Below, in pieces: positions 36,312 through 45,522 of a stretch of 64,000 bases of DNA. Position numbers and translations under genes: made by a program. The notes beneath the pieces were generated by a model. It saw only the letters and a list, made by a program, of their open reading frames with translations, was not told where the DNA came from and ran no database searches. The DNA is from Candidatus Latescibacterota bacterium (GTDB lineage Bacteria; Latescibacterota; UBA2968; UBA8231), in the NCBI GenBank assembly GCA_965217585.1, contig OZ244561.1, positions 5,888,001 to 5,952,000 of the forward strand, written 5' to 3'. Position 1 is the first letter of the stretch, and each line of letters begins with the position of its first letter.

Positions 36312-38051
36312 ATGGTTCTAGAAAGTCCAGTGCTGCTGTCGTCTTATGCCCGCTGCGGACAGGAGCGCTCCTTTGCGTTTGTCGATCCGGTGGACGAGGT
36401 GGTGGCCGTAGCGGCGGGGGAGGTGCGCCCGGCTCTCAGCGCGGTGGAGCGGGCAGTGGAACAAGGGTTGCACGCCGCCGGATTTGTCTGCTACGAGGCC
36501 GCTGCTGGTCTGGACCCAGCCTTCACCACCCGTCCTGCTGGTGCGCTTCCTTTGGTTTACTTTGGCCTTTTTGCGGAGCGGACGCCGGTGGCCGCGCCTA
36601 GCGCTGGCTTGGGCACCTATGAGTTGGATGAGTGGCGGCCGTCGGTGTCGCGGGAGGAGTACGAGGCCGCCATCGCTCACATCCGCGCCTATATTGCGGC
36701 CGGCGACACGTACCAAGTCAACTACACCTTGCGCTTGCACAGCCGTTTCCGGGGCGATCCGCAGGCGCTGTACCGCGATATGGGGCAGGTGCAGGAGTCC
36801 GCGTTGTGCGCGTACTTCGACTTGGGCCGGCACGTGCTGATCTCGGCGTCCCCCGAGCTGTTCTTCCGCCTGCGCGACGGGCGTTGCACGGTGCGGCCCA
36901 TGAAGGGAACCCGGTCGCGGGGCCGCTTTGCGGCTGAGGATCAACAGCGGGCCGACGAGCTGCAAAATTCCGCTAAGGATCGCGCTGAGAACCTGATGGT
37001 TACGGATATGTTGCGCAACGACTTAGGGCGCATCTCGCAAGTCGGCAGCGTGGCGGTTCCGGCCCTGTGGTCGGTCGAGCGCTATCCCACGGTGTGGCAG
37101 TTAACGTCCACCGTGGAAAGCCGACTCAAAGCCGACGTGAGCTTGCCCGACATCTTTGCCGCGCTCTTCCCCTGCGGCTCGGTGACCGGCGCGCCCAAGG
37201 TGCGGACTATGGCAATCATCGCCGAACTGGAGCGTGCCCCGCGCGGCATTTACACCGGCTGCATGGGCTATGTGTCGCCTGGGCCGGAGGCGTGTTTCAA
37301 CGTGGCGATTCGCACGGCGCATCTCGACCGGGAGAGCACACAACTCGAATTTGGCGTGGGCGGTGGGATCGTCTGGGAATCGTCGGCTGCGGAAGAATAC
37401 GCCGAATGCGTCGTCAAGGCCGAGGTCTTGCGCGCTAGGCCGCACCCGTCTTTTGAGTTGTTGGAGACGCTGTTGTACGAAGATGGGGCGTACTTCCTGT
37501 TAGAGAGTCACTTAGAGCGGTTGTCTCAGTCGGCGGCATACTGGGGATTTTGCTATGCGGATGACCGCGTGCGTGCGCAGTTACAAGACGCGGCCAACGC
37601 TATGGAGGGCCGGTGCAGGGTGCGCTTGTTACTGGCCCGCAACGGCGAGATCCGCGTGCAGCATCATGCACTCGCGCCGCGGCGGCGGTTGCGGGTGGCT
37701 CTTGCCGCCGAGCCGGTGGACAGCACCGATCCCTTGCTGTACCACAAGACGACCCACCGGGCTATGTACGACCAGCAGTTGGCGGCGCGCCCGGATTGCG
37801 ACGATGTGGTGCTGTACAACGAGCGCGGCGAGCTGACCGAGTGCTGCATCGGCAACTTGGTGCTGGAGCGCGACGGCGTCCGCTACACGCCCCCGGTCGA
37901 ATCCGGGCTGTTGGCCGGCACCTTCCGCGCCGAGCTTGTGGCGCAGGGCCAACTTTGCGAACGCCCATTGCCCATTGGCGAATTGGCGCGGGCCGACGCC
38001 CTCTATCTCATCAATTCAGTTCGGCGCTGGGTCGAACTGGAACTCGTGTAA
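36312..38051 (+). CDS. pabB: aminodeoxychorismate synthase component I fused to ADC lyase (PabB-PabC)
   Basis: YQVN, SPELF, PMKGT, KDRAENLM, SVTGAPK; C-terminal class IV aminotransferase part (LLET, HKTT, GLLAGTFR). Confidence 0.9.
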   Translation: MVLESPVLLSSYARCGQERSFAFVDPVDEVVAVAAGEVRPALSAVERAVEQGLHAAGFVCYEAAAGLDPAFTTRPAGALPLVYFGLFAERTPVAAPSAGLGTYELDEWRPSVSREEYEAAIAHIRAYIAAGDTYQVNYTLRLHSRFRGDPQALYRDMGQVQESALCAYFDLGRHVLISASPELFFRLRDGRCTVRPMKGTRSRGRFAAEDQQRADELQNSAKDRAENLMVTDMLRNDLGRISQVGSVAVPALWSVERYPTVWQLTSTVESRLKADVSLPDIFAALFPCGSVTGAPKVRTMAIIAELERAPRGIYTGCMGYVSPGPEACFNVAIRTAHLDRESTQLEFGVGGGIVWESSAAEEYAECVVKAEVLRARPHPSFELLETLLYEDGAYFLLESHLERLSQSAAYWGFCYADDRVRAQLQDAANAMEGRCRVRLLLARNGEIRVQHHALAPRRRLRVALAAEPVDSTDPLLYHKTTHRAMYDQQLAARPDCDDVVLYNERGELTECCIGNLVLERDGVRYTPPVESGLLAGTFRAELVAQGQLCERPLPIGELARADALYLINSVRRWVELELV

Positions 38052-38062
38052 AGGAGCACATC

Positions 38063-39232
38063 ATGTATCGCATTGGCCAAGCAGAAATCAAGCAACTACA
38101 ACGGCTATTCGACAGCGGCGCGATCTTCCGCTATGGGGCAGGTGGGGAGTGCGACCGCTTTGAAAGGAACTGGGCGCGCTACGTAGGCGTGGGGCACTGT
38201 CGGATGACTCGCTCGGGGACCTCGGCGCTGTACGCAGCACTAGTGGGATTGGGCGTGGGGCCGGGGGATCAGGTGATTGTGCCCGCCTATACCTACATGG
38301 CGACCGCGTTGGCGGTGCTGGGGGCTGGAGCCATTCCGGTAATTGCCGATGTAGATGACTCCTTGACGCTGTGCCCCAAGGATTTAAAGCGACGCATTAC
38401 CAAGCACACTAGGGCGATTATTCCGGTCCACATGGTCGGCTTGCCCTGCGATATGAAGCGAATTGCCAAGATCGCCCGCAAACGCGGCCTGCTCGTTCTC
38501 GAAGACGCCTGTCAGGCGGTGGGCGGCGGGTACGAGGGCCGAATGCTGGGCAGTTGGGGCCACGCCGGTGCGTTTAGTTTCAACTTCTTCAAGAACATGA
38601 CCTGCGGCGAGGGTGGGGCTTTTGTAACCAATGCCGAGGCAGTGCATCAGCGCGGCTCGGTGGCGGTGGACTGCTGCTCCTTTTACTGGAACCCCGACGA
38701 AGAGCGCGAAGAGCTACAATTTGCCGGCCCCAACTTCCGGGCTTCTGAAGTCGAGGGGGCCATACTCAACGTGCAATTGCGGCGGATCCGGGGGATGCTT
38801 AAGACCATGCGTGCCCACAAGCAGGAGTTGCTCCAGGTCGGGCTGGAGGCAGGATTGGAGTCGATAAAAAACAACAGCTTGGACTACGAGTGCGGTACGC
38901 ACGTGGGCTTTTTGTTTGCCACCGAGGACGAGGCGCGCTCCTTCTGCAACCGATTGGCCGCCCAAGACGTGCGCTCCTTTTTGCCCATGGATACCGGCCG
39001 CCACGTCTATACGCGCTGGGAGCCTATTTTGCGCTACCAAGGCGCGCACCATCCGGCGCTCAACCCCTATGAGCTGCCGGCCAACCGCAAGGCGCGGGTC
39101 AAATACAAGCTGGATACGTGTCAAGACTCGCTCGACGTTTTGGCGCGAGCCGTACTGGTGTCCATGCACCCGAACAACACCAAGACCAAGGTGCGGAAGA
39201 TGGGCGAAGCGATCCGGGTGGCCGCGGGCTGA
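38063..39232 (+). CDS. DegT/DnrJ/EryC1/StrS PLP-dependent aminotransferase
   Basis: SGTSAL, IIPVHM, EDACQA, FSFNFFKNMTCGEGG; start ATG 38063 after AAGGAG. Confidence 0.9.
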   Translation: MYRIGQAEIKQLQRLFDSGAIFRYGAGGECDRFERNWARYVGVGHCRMTRSGTSALYAALVGLGVGPGDQVIVPAYTYMATALAVLGAGAIPVIADVDDSLTLCPKDLKRRITKHTRAIIPVHMVGLPCDMKRIAKIARKRGLLVLEDACQAVGGGYEGRMLGSWGHAGAFSFNFFKNMTCGEGGAFVTNAEAVHQRGSVAVDCCSFYWNPDEEREELQFAGPNFRASEVEGAILNVQLRRIRGMLKTMRAHKQELLQVGLEAGLESIKNNSLDYECGTHVGFLFATEDEARSFCNRLAAQDVRSFLPMDTGRHVYTRWEPILRYQGAHHPALNPYELPANRKARVKYKLDTCQDSLDVLARAVLVSMHPNNTKTKVRKMGEAIRVAAG

Positions 39233-39234
39233 GA

Positions 39235-39270
39235 TTGACGTGCCTGCACACGCCGTCTATATTGCAGGCA
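39235..39270 (+). promoter_or_regulatory. vapBC promoter with inverted-repeat operator; predicted leaderless mRNA
   Basis: TTGACG-17 bp-TATATT ending 6 nt before the ATG; TGCCTGCA (39241-48) / TGCAGGCA (39263-70). Confidence 0.75.
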
Positions 39271-39527
39271 TGACAGAAAAATCGACTCAGTACACCATCC
39301 GCAAAGTGCCTCCGCAGCTAGACAGGGAACTCAGGAGGAGGGCACGCGAGGAGCACAAGAGCCTGAATGAAATCGCCCTGTGGGCACTCGAGCGTGGCTT
39401 GGGCTTGTCGGAACAGGCCGTGCGTCACCACGACCTAGACGACTTGGCGGGCACTTGGGTGGACGATCCGGCCTTCGACCAAGCCGTCGACGCTATGGAT
39501 CAAGTAGATCCAGAGCTGTGGCGGTGA
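39270..39527 (+). CDS. ribbon-helix-helix antitoxin (VapB/FitA-like)
   Basis: QYTIRKVP..LRRRAREEHKSLN, acidic tail, overlaps the PIN gene. Confidence 0.85.
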   Translation: MTEKSTQYTIRKVPPQLDRELRRRAREEHKSLNEIALWALERGLGLSEQAVRHHDLDDLAGTWVDDPAFDQAVDAMDQVDPELWR

Positions 39528-39910
39528 AAATTGTCCTAGACACCAACCGCTACCGCGACTTTTGCCTCGGCGATCCGGTGGTCTTGGACCGTCTCCAGCT
39601 AGCCGAACAGATCTTCCTATCCTTCGTCACTCTGGCTGAATTGCGCGCTGGTTTCCAGTGCGGTACCAGAGCTGGCAAAAATGAGCGCATTCTGTTGCGC
39701 TTTCTCAGTCGGCCTCGGACATCCGTTCTCTATGCCAGCGAAGCCACCACGCGGCACTATGCCCAGCTCTTTTACCAGCTACGTCAGCAGGGTACGCCCA
39801 TTCCGACCAACGATATCTGGATTGCCGCCTTGGTGGTTGAGCACGGCCTTCATCTTTTTTCTCGCGACCAGCACTTCGACCACCTTCCGCATCTGCCGCG
39901 CATCGATTAA
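39524..39910 (+). CDS. vapC: VapC-family PIN toxin
   Basis: VLDTN, LAEL, IPTNDIWIAA, SRDQHF. Confidence 0.92.
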   Translation: MKIVLDTNRYRDFCLGDPVVLDRLQLAEQIFLSFVTLAELRAGFQCGTRAGKNERILLRFLSRPRTSVLYASEATTRHYAQLFYQLRQQGTPIPTNDIWIAALVVEHGLHLFSRDQHFDHLPHLPRID

Positions 39911-39935
39911 TTAGTCGCCCGTCGGTAGCGTTGGA

Positions 39936-40883
39936 TCAGCGATAGACGGCTTGGATCATGGCGCGGATGAAGCCGGTGGCGAAGGCGTGGCCTTGGCGTC
40001 CGCCTTGGTCGTCGGGGATGGACGGGGTGTGATCCATCATAAACGGCCCGTTAAAGCCCACCTCCTTGTAGGTCTGCATCGCTCGGTACATATCGACATC
40101 GCCCTCGTCGACAAAGACCTCCCTAAAATCCTTGGGCGTCCCGCGCACGTTGCGGAAGTGGACGTAGGCGATTTTGCCTTGGCGGCCCATGCGGCGGATG
40201 GCCTCGTACACGTCAATGCCCATCTCGGTGACGCAGCCTTGGCAGAACAGCATGGCGTTTTGGGGGCTGGGGTTGAGGGCGAAGATGCGCTCGTATTGGT
40301 CCAGGGTGGAGACAATTCGCGCGGCGCCGCCCATCGGCTCGGGTAGCGGGGGATCGTCCGGGTGTAGGGCCAAGGTAACGCCGGCTTCTTCGGCGACGGG
40401 GACGATGCGCTGGTGGAAGTAGGCGATGTTGGCCCACATCCCGTCCTCGTCGATGTGCTTTGCTGGATAGTCGTGGTTCTCTTTTTCGTATTCTGCGTAG
40501 GTGAAGGTGCTGTAGTGGGCACCGCCGCGGCCGGTGTCCGAGGGGGTGCGGAAGTTGCCCACGGGTTTGAAATTGTAGCCGAGGGTAGGGACGCCGACGG
40601 TGCCCATGGCCCGGAGCCAGTTACACCACTCCTCGATTTTGGCGTCGCGATCTTGTTGCGCGAGAGTGATTTCGTCCGGGCCGGTTAAGGCGGCGTTGTA
40701 CAGGCGGAGGCCGTTTTTTTCGGCGCGGGCGCGGACCCCCCTTAGGAACTCGACCATCTCGGGGTAGGTGTGCAGGTCGAGGGGGAGGGAGTTGACGGTC
40801 AGATAATCGACGCCAATGGCTTTGTAGTAGCTCAAGTTGTCATCGGTAATGCGGTCGTGGGGGAGTTGGTCTTGGATGTACAT
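39936..40883 (-). CDS. uxuA: mannonate dehydratase (UxuA-like)
   Basis: GYNF, LALHPDDPP, FCQG, YVHFRNV, DHTP. Confidence 0.82.
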   Translation of the reverse strand: MYIQDQLPHDRITDDNLSYYKAIGVDYLTVNSLPLDLHTYPEMVEFLRGVRARAEKNGLRLYNAALTGPDEITLAQQDRDAKIEEWCNWLRAMGTVGVPTLGYNFKPVGNFRTPSDTGRGGAHYSTFTYAEYEKENHDYPAKHIDEDGMWANIAYFHQRIVPVAEEAGVTLALHPDDPPLPEPMGGAARIVSTLDQYERIFALNPSPQNAMLFCQGCVTEMGIDVYEAIRRMGRQGKIAYVHFRNVRGTPKDFREVFVDEGDVDMYRAMQTYKEVGFNGPFMMDHTPSIPDDQGGRQGHAFATGFIRAMIQAVYR

Positions 40884-41003
40884 GGCGTCTCCTTTGGGTT
40901 GGGTAGCTACTGCACTAGGATTTGGCTATATACTTAGGAAAGAAAGGCATCGTCCTCACGGCGCGCCAATCGGCCTTTCACACAAAATATGGGATTATCA
41001 CAA

Positions 41004-41804
41004 ATGCCGAAAAAACTACCCCTCGCCGGGGTCAAACAATCCGAAGAGCAGATTGCCCAGTGGATCGAGAGATTTCATCGCGAGGGGTATCTGTGCGTTA
41101 AAAACGTCCTGCCGCCGGACTGGTGTGCGCAATTGCGGGCCGACTTGGACCGGGCGCTGGCGGACAATCCGAATGGACTGAACAACTACAGCGAGCGCAC
41201 GAAGCTCGCGCATCGGCTATTCGAAACGAGCGCAGCGAACCTGCGCCTGTTCGATCTCGAGCCGATTGTGAGCTTCGCAGAGGAGCTGGTAGCGCCGAAT
41301 TGCCACGTGATTCACAACAACTCGTTTCAGACGTTTCCGGGCGGAGGGATCTCGACGTGGCATCAGGACGACGCCCCGCACTACGTCATCACAGATGGCA
41401 AGCCACCGGCGAATGTCCATCTGCCCGTGCTGTTTTTCACGGCCAACTACTATCTGACCGATGTGGATACGCCGGCGCACGGCGGGACGGAAGTGATTCC
41501 GGGGACGCACATGCTCGGTAGATCACCGGGCGAAATCGAGGGCTCCGAGTGGGAAGACAAAATCGTCCACAACAGCGCGCCGGCGGGGAGCGTCGTGATG
41601 TTCAACAATCAGGTGTGGCATCGCGGGGGGCCGAACCGCACTGACCGCACGCGGTACATCACTCAGGTGACGTATGCGCGCCGGATCGTCGGGCACAAGT
41701 ACTACCCGTTTATGAACTACCAAATGCCGCCGCATGTGTACGAAAATGCAAACCCCCGGTTGAAACGGCTGCTCGGCTTCCTCGATCACGGCGCGTACGG
41801 CTAG
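41004..41804 (+). CDS. PhyH-family Fe(II)/2-oxoglutarate dioxygenase
   Basis: WHQD, YYLTDV..GGT..IPGTH, WHRG.PN. Confidence 0.9.
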   Translation: MPKKLPLAGVKQSEEQIAQWIERFHREGYLCVKNVLPPDWCAQLRADLDRALADNPNGLNNYSERTKLAHRLFETSAANLRLFDLEPIVSFAEELVAPNCHVIHNNSFQTFPGGGISTWHQDDAPHYVITDGKPPANVHLPVLFFTANYYLTDVDTPAHGGTEVIPGTHMLGRSPGEIEGSEWEDKIVHNSAPAGSVVMFNNQVWHRGGPNRTDRTRYITQVTYARRIVGHKYYPFMNYQMPPHVYENANPRLKRLLGFLDHGAYG

Positions 41805-41822
41805 CTGACTGGAGCAAGGCTC

Positions 41823-43931
41823 ATGGCGAACCCATACTGTCGCATCCTAATTGCTGTACTCATAGTGTCGAGCGCTTGCTTGGCCGCCGAAAGCGTTCAG
41901 AGTCAGCCACAAGTTGCGATCATCACCGGCGAAGTCCGGGATCCAACCTCGCGGGAAATCACATTTAGCTACCCGTCGCCGACAGAGTTGGACAATTCCG
42001 AGCAGCGCGTCGTGCTCGACAGTCTGAACCGCTTCTCCTGTGAGCTGCCTGTCGTCCGAGGGACCCTCGTCAGGGGGCATTACGAGGGAGGGCAGCCGAA
42101 ATGGAAGTGGGTGCAGTGGTTAGGAGCCTTCCTCTTTGATCACAGTCCCTTGGTCTTCTTCGTCGAACCCGGCGACAGTCTGTACGTGGCCGTGGAAGAG
42201 GGATTTTTCGGTCCTTCTTACTCGTTCAGCGGCCCCAACTCAGACAACAGCCGTCTCATTGCCGAGTGGTTCCCGCGATACTACTCCTTCCGTCTCGACT
42301 ACGAAGATCTGGAGGTGGAAGATTTCAAGCGCCAGATAGACCAGCGGCGGCAGGATCAGTTCGAGTTTCTGGCCGAGAGGCGCGAGAAATACGCACTCTC
42401 TCTAGGGTTTATCGACTACGCGACAGCCTACTTCAACTACGGGTGGGCCAATCTCATGATTTCTTATCCGACGAATTACTGGTTTGCCAACGGCCATAAT
42501 AACAGAAATATCCCCCCGGAGTACTATGACTTTCTCGAGGAAATCCCCCTAGGGGACGAAAAGGCCATAGGCGTAGGTAGTTATCACACCTTTCTGGAAC
42601 GAACCCTGGACTGGGAGTCTCAGGAGATGCCCCGACCATCCAGGCGGCCAAGTGGAGCTATCGGTCCCCCGACCAGTGATCGCGGGGAGTTAGGTGAGGT
42701 ACCCAGACGATCTTGGCAGCTATCCCAGATATACGATCTAGCGGATCTGGAGTTGTCGGAGGAGACCGTGGCCCAACTCGACGCCCTGTACGAAAAGGAG
42801 GGCCGGCGGCCCAAGCTGTCGCAGATGGTCGATCTGTCGGCGGTTGGTTTGTTGTCGGCTACCCAGACCCGGCTCGACTCAATGTACGAAAAAAAGAGAC
42901 TTCCCAAGCTCTCCCAGAGTTTTGATTTATCGGCGTTTGGTCTTTCGGAGTCTGCCCAAGCCCAACTCGACTCCTTATTTGAAAAATCTAAATCCTATAG
43001 CTTCTTCTCTTCGAGCAAGGAAGAAGTGCCTAGGGTGGATACGACGGGTGGGGTGTTGGCGTTCTATTTGCCAATCGCAATAAAGATGGATTCTCTGGCG
43101 AAAGAGCCGCCCAAGCTATCCGAGAAACTCGACCTATCGGGGCTGTCACAACCGGCCCGTGCCCAACTCGACTCCCTGTACGAACATCGCCAGCCGCTCA
43201 GGCTGTCTGAGAAGATTGATCTACCCGGCTTGGGTCTATCGGAGGCCACCCAGGCCCAACTCGATTCGATATATGCCTCTAAAGGAGGCCGGACGCATTG
43301 GAATTTTTCGAAAAGATACGATCTGGCCAAAAAAAAACTGGAGGGGAGAGTACTCTACTGGTTGCTGGCCGGAGAGGTGATTCGTGGCTTCAAACACGGC
43401 AGTGATGCCTTTGCGTTGGCCTATCGCAAGTGGGAAGATTTCCAAGAGATCAACCCGCACCCGGAATACACCGAGGCCGTCCAAGCGGCTCTGTATGAGG
43501 CCCTGAAGCTACAACCTGGGCAACCCGCACCCGAATTTACCCTTCACGATCTCGACGGTCAGCCCGTATCGCTGAGCCAGTTCAAGGGGCAGGTGGTTCT
43601 GCTCGATTTCTGGGCGAGTTGGTGCGGGCCGTGTATCGGTGACTTGCCCGAGCTCCGCGCAATCAAAGAAAAGACGGCGGATCAACCCTTGGTCTTCCTC
43701 AATCTATCGCTAGACACAGATGAGGCCGCTTGGCGAGAGGCGATTGATAAACACGGAATCGAAGGCGTCCACGTACGCGCGGATGGCTGGGGTGCGGACG
43801 TGGCCAAGTCTTACCAGGTAAACTCTTTGCCTTCGTATTACTTGGTGGACTCGCAAGGATTGATCGTGGAGCGTCTGTCTGGCGTAAGGGATACAGACGA
43901 GATCGTCGCGACGATCGAGAAGAGCTTGTGA
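41823..43931 (+). CDS. exported TlpA-like thiol-disulfide oxidoreductase with inserted helical repeats
   Basis: Signal peptide; C-terminal GQPAPEF..LLDFWASWCGPC redoxin; five internal ~30-aa repeats. Confidence 0.85.
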   Translation: MANPYCRILIAVLIVSSACLAAESVQSQPQVAIITGEVRDPTSREITFSYPSPTELDNSEQRVVLDSLNRFSCELPVVRGTLVRGHYEGGQPKWKWVQWLGAFLFDHSPLVFFVEPGDSLYVAVEEGFFGPSYSFSGPNSDNSRLIAEWFPRYYSFRLDYEDLEVEDFKRQIDQRRQDQFEFLAERREKYALSLGFIDYATAYFNYGWANLMISYPTNYWFANGHNNRNIPPEYYDFLEEIPLGDEKAIGVGSYHTFLERTLDWESQEMPRPSRRPSGAIGPPTSDRGELGEVPRRSWQLSQIYDLADLELSEETVAQLDALYEKEGRRPKLSQMVDLSAVGLLSATQTRLDSMYEKKRLPKLSQSFDLSAFGLSESAQAQLDSLFEKSKSYSFFSSSKEEVPRVDTTGGVLAFYLPIAIKMDSLAKEPPKLSEKLDLSGLSQPARAQLDSLYEHRQPLRLSEKIDLPGLGLSEATQAQLDSIYASKGGRTHWNFSKRYDLAKKKLEGRVLYWLLAGEVIRGFKHGSDAFALAYRKWEDFQEINPHPEYTEAVQAALYEALKLQPGQPAPEFTLHDLDGQPVSLSQFKGQVVLLDFWASWCGPCIGDLPELRAIKEKTADQPLVFLNLSLDTDEAAWREAIDKHGIEGVHVRADGWGADVAKSYQVNSLPSYYLVDSQGLIVERLSGVRDTDEIVATIEKSL

Positions 43932-44021
43932 GCAAGCTGCGCAGGCCTCTCTTGCAAGTTCCGGCAAATTCCTCACGGCCCTTCCCGACCTAAGCTCTGG
44001 GTACAAGAATTTTTTGCAATT

Positions 44022-44057
44022 AATGGGTCAGCATTAAAACGCTGGCCCATTTTTTTT
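44022..44057 (+). terminator. intrinsic terminator
   Basis: AATGGGTCAGC-loop-GCTGGCCCATT plus T-tract. Confidence 0.85.
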
Positions 44058-44078
44058 GCCTGCTGGGTAAAAAAGTAT

Positions 44079-44138
44079 TTGCCTGAGCATACAGGATGTT
44101 TTATTATATCAGTGTATCGTTATACCGATACACTGATA
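44079..44138 (+). promoter_or_regulatory. promoter and YtrA/GntR operator
   Basis: TTGCCT-17 bp-TATTAT, then palindrome TATCAGTGTATCG-N6-CGATACACTGATA (44107-44138). Confidence 0.85.
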
Positions 44139-44233
44139 CTGCAAGAAAATCTCGACGAGGAGGCACTGTGAAACGCGACAGCCGACGCACAATTACCACA
44201 AGGCAGGGGCAGGACAGCTAAGGAGAGTCGCCA

Positions 44234-44626
44234 TTGCGCATAGATCCATCTAGCGGGGTTCCCATCTACCTGCAGATCATTGAGCAGGTGAAGTACCAGA
44301 TCGCCACCAAAGTGCTCAAGCCGCACGACGAATTGCCTTCGGTGCGGGCCTTGTCCGGGCAGTACTTGATCAATCCCAACACCGTGGTGCGGGCCTATTT
44401 GGAATTGGAGCGCGATGGGGTGATCTACAAAAAGCGGGGTATGGGCACTTATGTGGCCGAAAAGGATGTGACCATGAGTCAGGAGGAAAAATTCGAGATT
44501 GTGCGGCAATTGCTCGACAAAGCCTTGGTCCAGGCGACTGAACTGGGGCTGAGTCCGGGGGAGATGCAGCAGATCTTTCAGAAGCGTCTGGACCAGTTTG
44601 GCAAAGAGGAAAGCGAATCGACATGA
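44234..44626 (+). CDS. GntR-family regulator (YtrA subfamily)
   Basis: PIYLQI, LPSVRAL, INPNTVVRAYLELE, RGMGTYV; short C-terminus; precedes an ABC ATPase. Confidence 0.93.
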   Translation: MRIDPSSGVPIYLQIIEQVKYQIATKVLKPHDELPSVRALSGQYLINPNTVVRAYLELERDGVIYKKRGMGTYVAEKDVTMSQEEKFEIVRQLLDKALVQATELGLSPGEMQQIFQKRLDQFGKEESEST

Positions 44627-45522
44627 CTGATACAGCGATCGCCATCGCGGGTTTGACCCACCGCTTTGGCCAGCGCACGGCTGTGGACAACCTCCAGATA
44701 GAGGTGCACGCCGGCGCGGTCTGCGGCTTTTTGGGGCGCAACGGAGCCGGCAAGACCACGACCATCAAAATACTGATGAACCTGCTTCAACCCACGGCCG
44801 GGCAGGTGGAGGTACTGGGGCTAGATCCGGGACGGGACTCGCTGGCGCTGTGGCGACAGGTAGGGTACGTAGCGGAGAATCCGATTCTGTACGGGTGGAT
44901 GAAGGTGCGGGAGTTGGTCTGGTTCACTGGCCAGTTCTACGAGACTTGGAATCAAAGCAAAGTCGAGGGCTTCATCGACCGTTTCGGCCTGGACCCAGAA
45001 CAGAAGGTCAAGCACCTCTCTCGCGGCATGAATGCCCAACTGGCCCTGGCCTTGGCCCTCGGGCACGAGCCTCGGCTGCTGATCCTCGACGAGCCGGCCT
45101 CGGGGCTGGACGTGGTGGTGCGGCGCGACTTTCTCGAAAGCATCATCGGGCTGATCCAAGAGGAGGGGCACACGGTCTTTCTGTCCTCGCATCTGGTGCA
45201 TGAAGTGGAACGGGTGGCCGACCGGGTGGTTATTATCGAGGCTGGTCGGCTGCAAGTGGAAGGGACGGTGGACGAGGTGAAACAGTCGGCTAAACGGGTG
45301 ATGGTGCGCTTGGCGGAAGATGCGGGTGAATTGACTGGTATCTCCGACTTGCGGGAGGTGCGAGGAGAGGGGGCACAGCGGCTGTTGACGGTGATGGGAT
45401 ATGGCGCAGAACAGGCCGCCCAGATAGAAGCGCAGGGCGGTCGGATCGCGGACGTGATGGATCTGAGCTTGGAGGATGCTTTCGTCGCTCACGTCCGCGC
45501 CACGGAAGGAGGCAAATCGTGA
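44623..45522 (+). CDS. ABC-2 type transporter ATP-binding protein
   Basis: GRNGAGKTT, LSRGM, ILDEP, SSH. Confidence 0.95.
   Translation: MTDTAIAIAGLTHRFGQRTAVDNLQIEVHAGAVCGFLGRNGAGKTTTIKILMNLLQPTAGQVEVLGLDPGRDSLALWRQVGYVAENPILYGWMKVRELVWFTGQFYETWNQSKVEGFIDRFGLDPEQKVKHLSRGMNAQLALALALGHEPRLLILDEPASGLDVVVRRDFLESIIGLIQEEGHTVFLSSHLVHEVERVADRVVIIEAGRLQVEGTVDEVKQSAKRVMVRLAEDAGELTGISDLREVRGEGAQRLLTVMGYGAEQAAQIEAQGGRIADVMDLSLEDAFVAHVRATEGGKS

Noticed and set aside
37613-38062. Extension of the DegT ORF overlapping pabB-pabC
   Set aside because: Shadow frame; SD and ATG lie at 38063
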